A stretch of DNA of 15,789 bases from Candidatus Micrarchaeota archaeon (GTDB lineage Archaea; Micrarchaeota; Micrarchaeia; Anstonellales; Bilamarchaeaceae). The translations under genes and the position numbers were made by a program. The notes below the pieces were generated by a model. It ran no database searches. It saw only the letters and a list, made by a program, of their open reading frames with translations, and was not told the DNA's origin. The stretch spans positions 1-15,789 of the forward strand of contig JAQBFN010000054.1 in assembly GCA_032123335.1 (NCBI GenBank), written 5' to 3'. The stretch's first letter is position 1; the number at the start of each line of letters is the position of its first letter. This document shows positions 15,562-15,789 of this stretch, piece after piece.

Positions 15562-15789
15562 ATGCGTGGGTGGATTATACTTTTGGTATTGGGAGTTTTG
15601 CTTTTTGCAGGTTGTGCAGCGAATGTTTCTGAGCCTGCGGAAACGGGGGAGTCCGAAGAGCAGTACCTGTTCCCGGACATCTCTGCACCGGGTACGGAAG
15701 CTCCTGAGGTATCTACTCCGGAAGAGGCCCTGGTGGAAGACAGGTGCGAAGATTCGGATGGGGGGTTTGAGATACATGAAGCGGGCACC
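15562..15789 (+). CDS. Putative lipoprotein / surface protein (runs off the window end, 3'-partial)
   Basis: Translated by hand: MRGWIILLVLGVLLFAGCAANVSEPAETGESEEQYLFPDISAPGTEAPEVSTPEEALVEDRCEDSDGGFEIHEAGT. Hydrophobic signal with lipobox-like FAGC, acidic Pro-rich linker and a CxDSDGG motif. Confidence 0.75.
   Translation, partial: MRGWIILLVLGVLLFAGCAANVSEPAETGESEEQYLFPDISAPGTEAPEVSTPEEALVEDRCEDSDGGFEIHEAGT

Overview
Gene-dense archaeal chromosomal window. Archaeal markers are FEN1 with a C-terminal PIP box, zinc-ribbon MBF1, an archaeal-type D-aminoacyl-tRNA deacylase, TATA-type promoters and tRNA genes without encoded CCA. A DPANN lineage such as Micrarchaeota is my inference, not proven. 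Contents in order: a minus-strand operon (class I gap, uppS, DUF192, pilus/secretion ATPase, TadC-like membrane protein), a GT2 glycosyltransferase, a hypothetical gene, tRNA-Val followed by a hairpin-rich element and a partly AT-rich islet (squalene/phytoene synthase-like, small HTH, HAD), an M50 protease, MBF1, FEN1, a PHP protein, a CorA-like protein, DtdA, a second HAD, tRNA-Gln/Cys/Lys and a lipoprotein. Main observation: uppS is split inside its catalytic DGNRR motif by a 20-nt insert (3127..3146). The insert folds into a bulge-helix-bulge-like splicing motif, and cutting at the standard endonuclease positions restores the frame and motif exactly. It is a candidate archaeal pre-mRNA intron in a gene other than cbf5.
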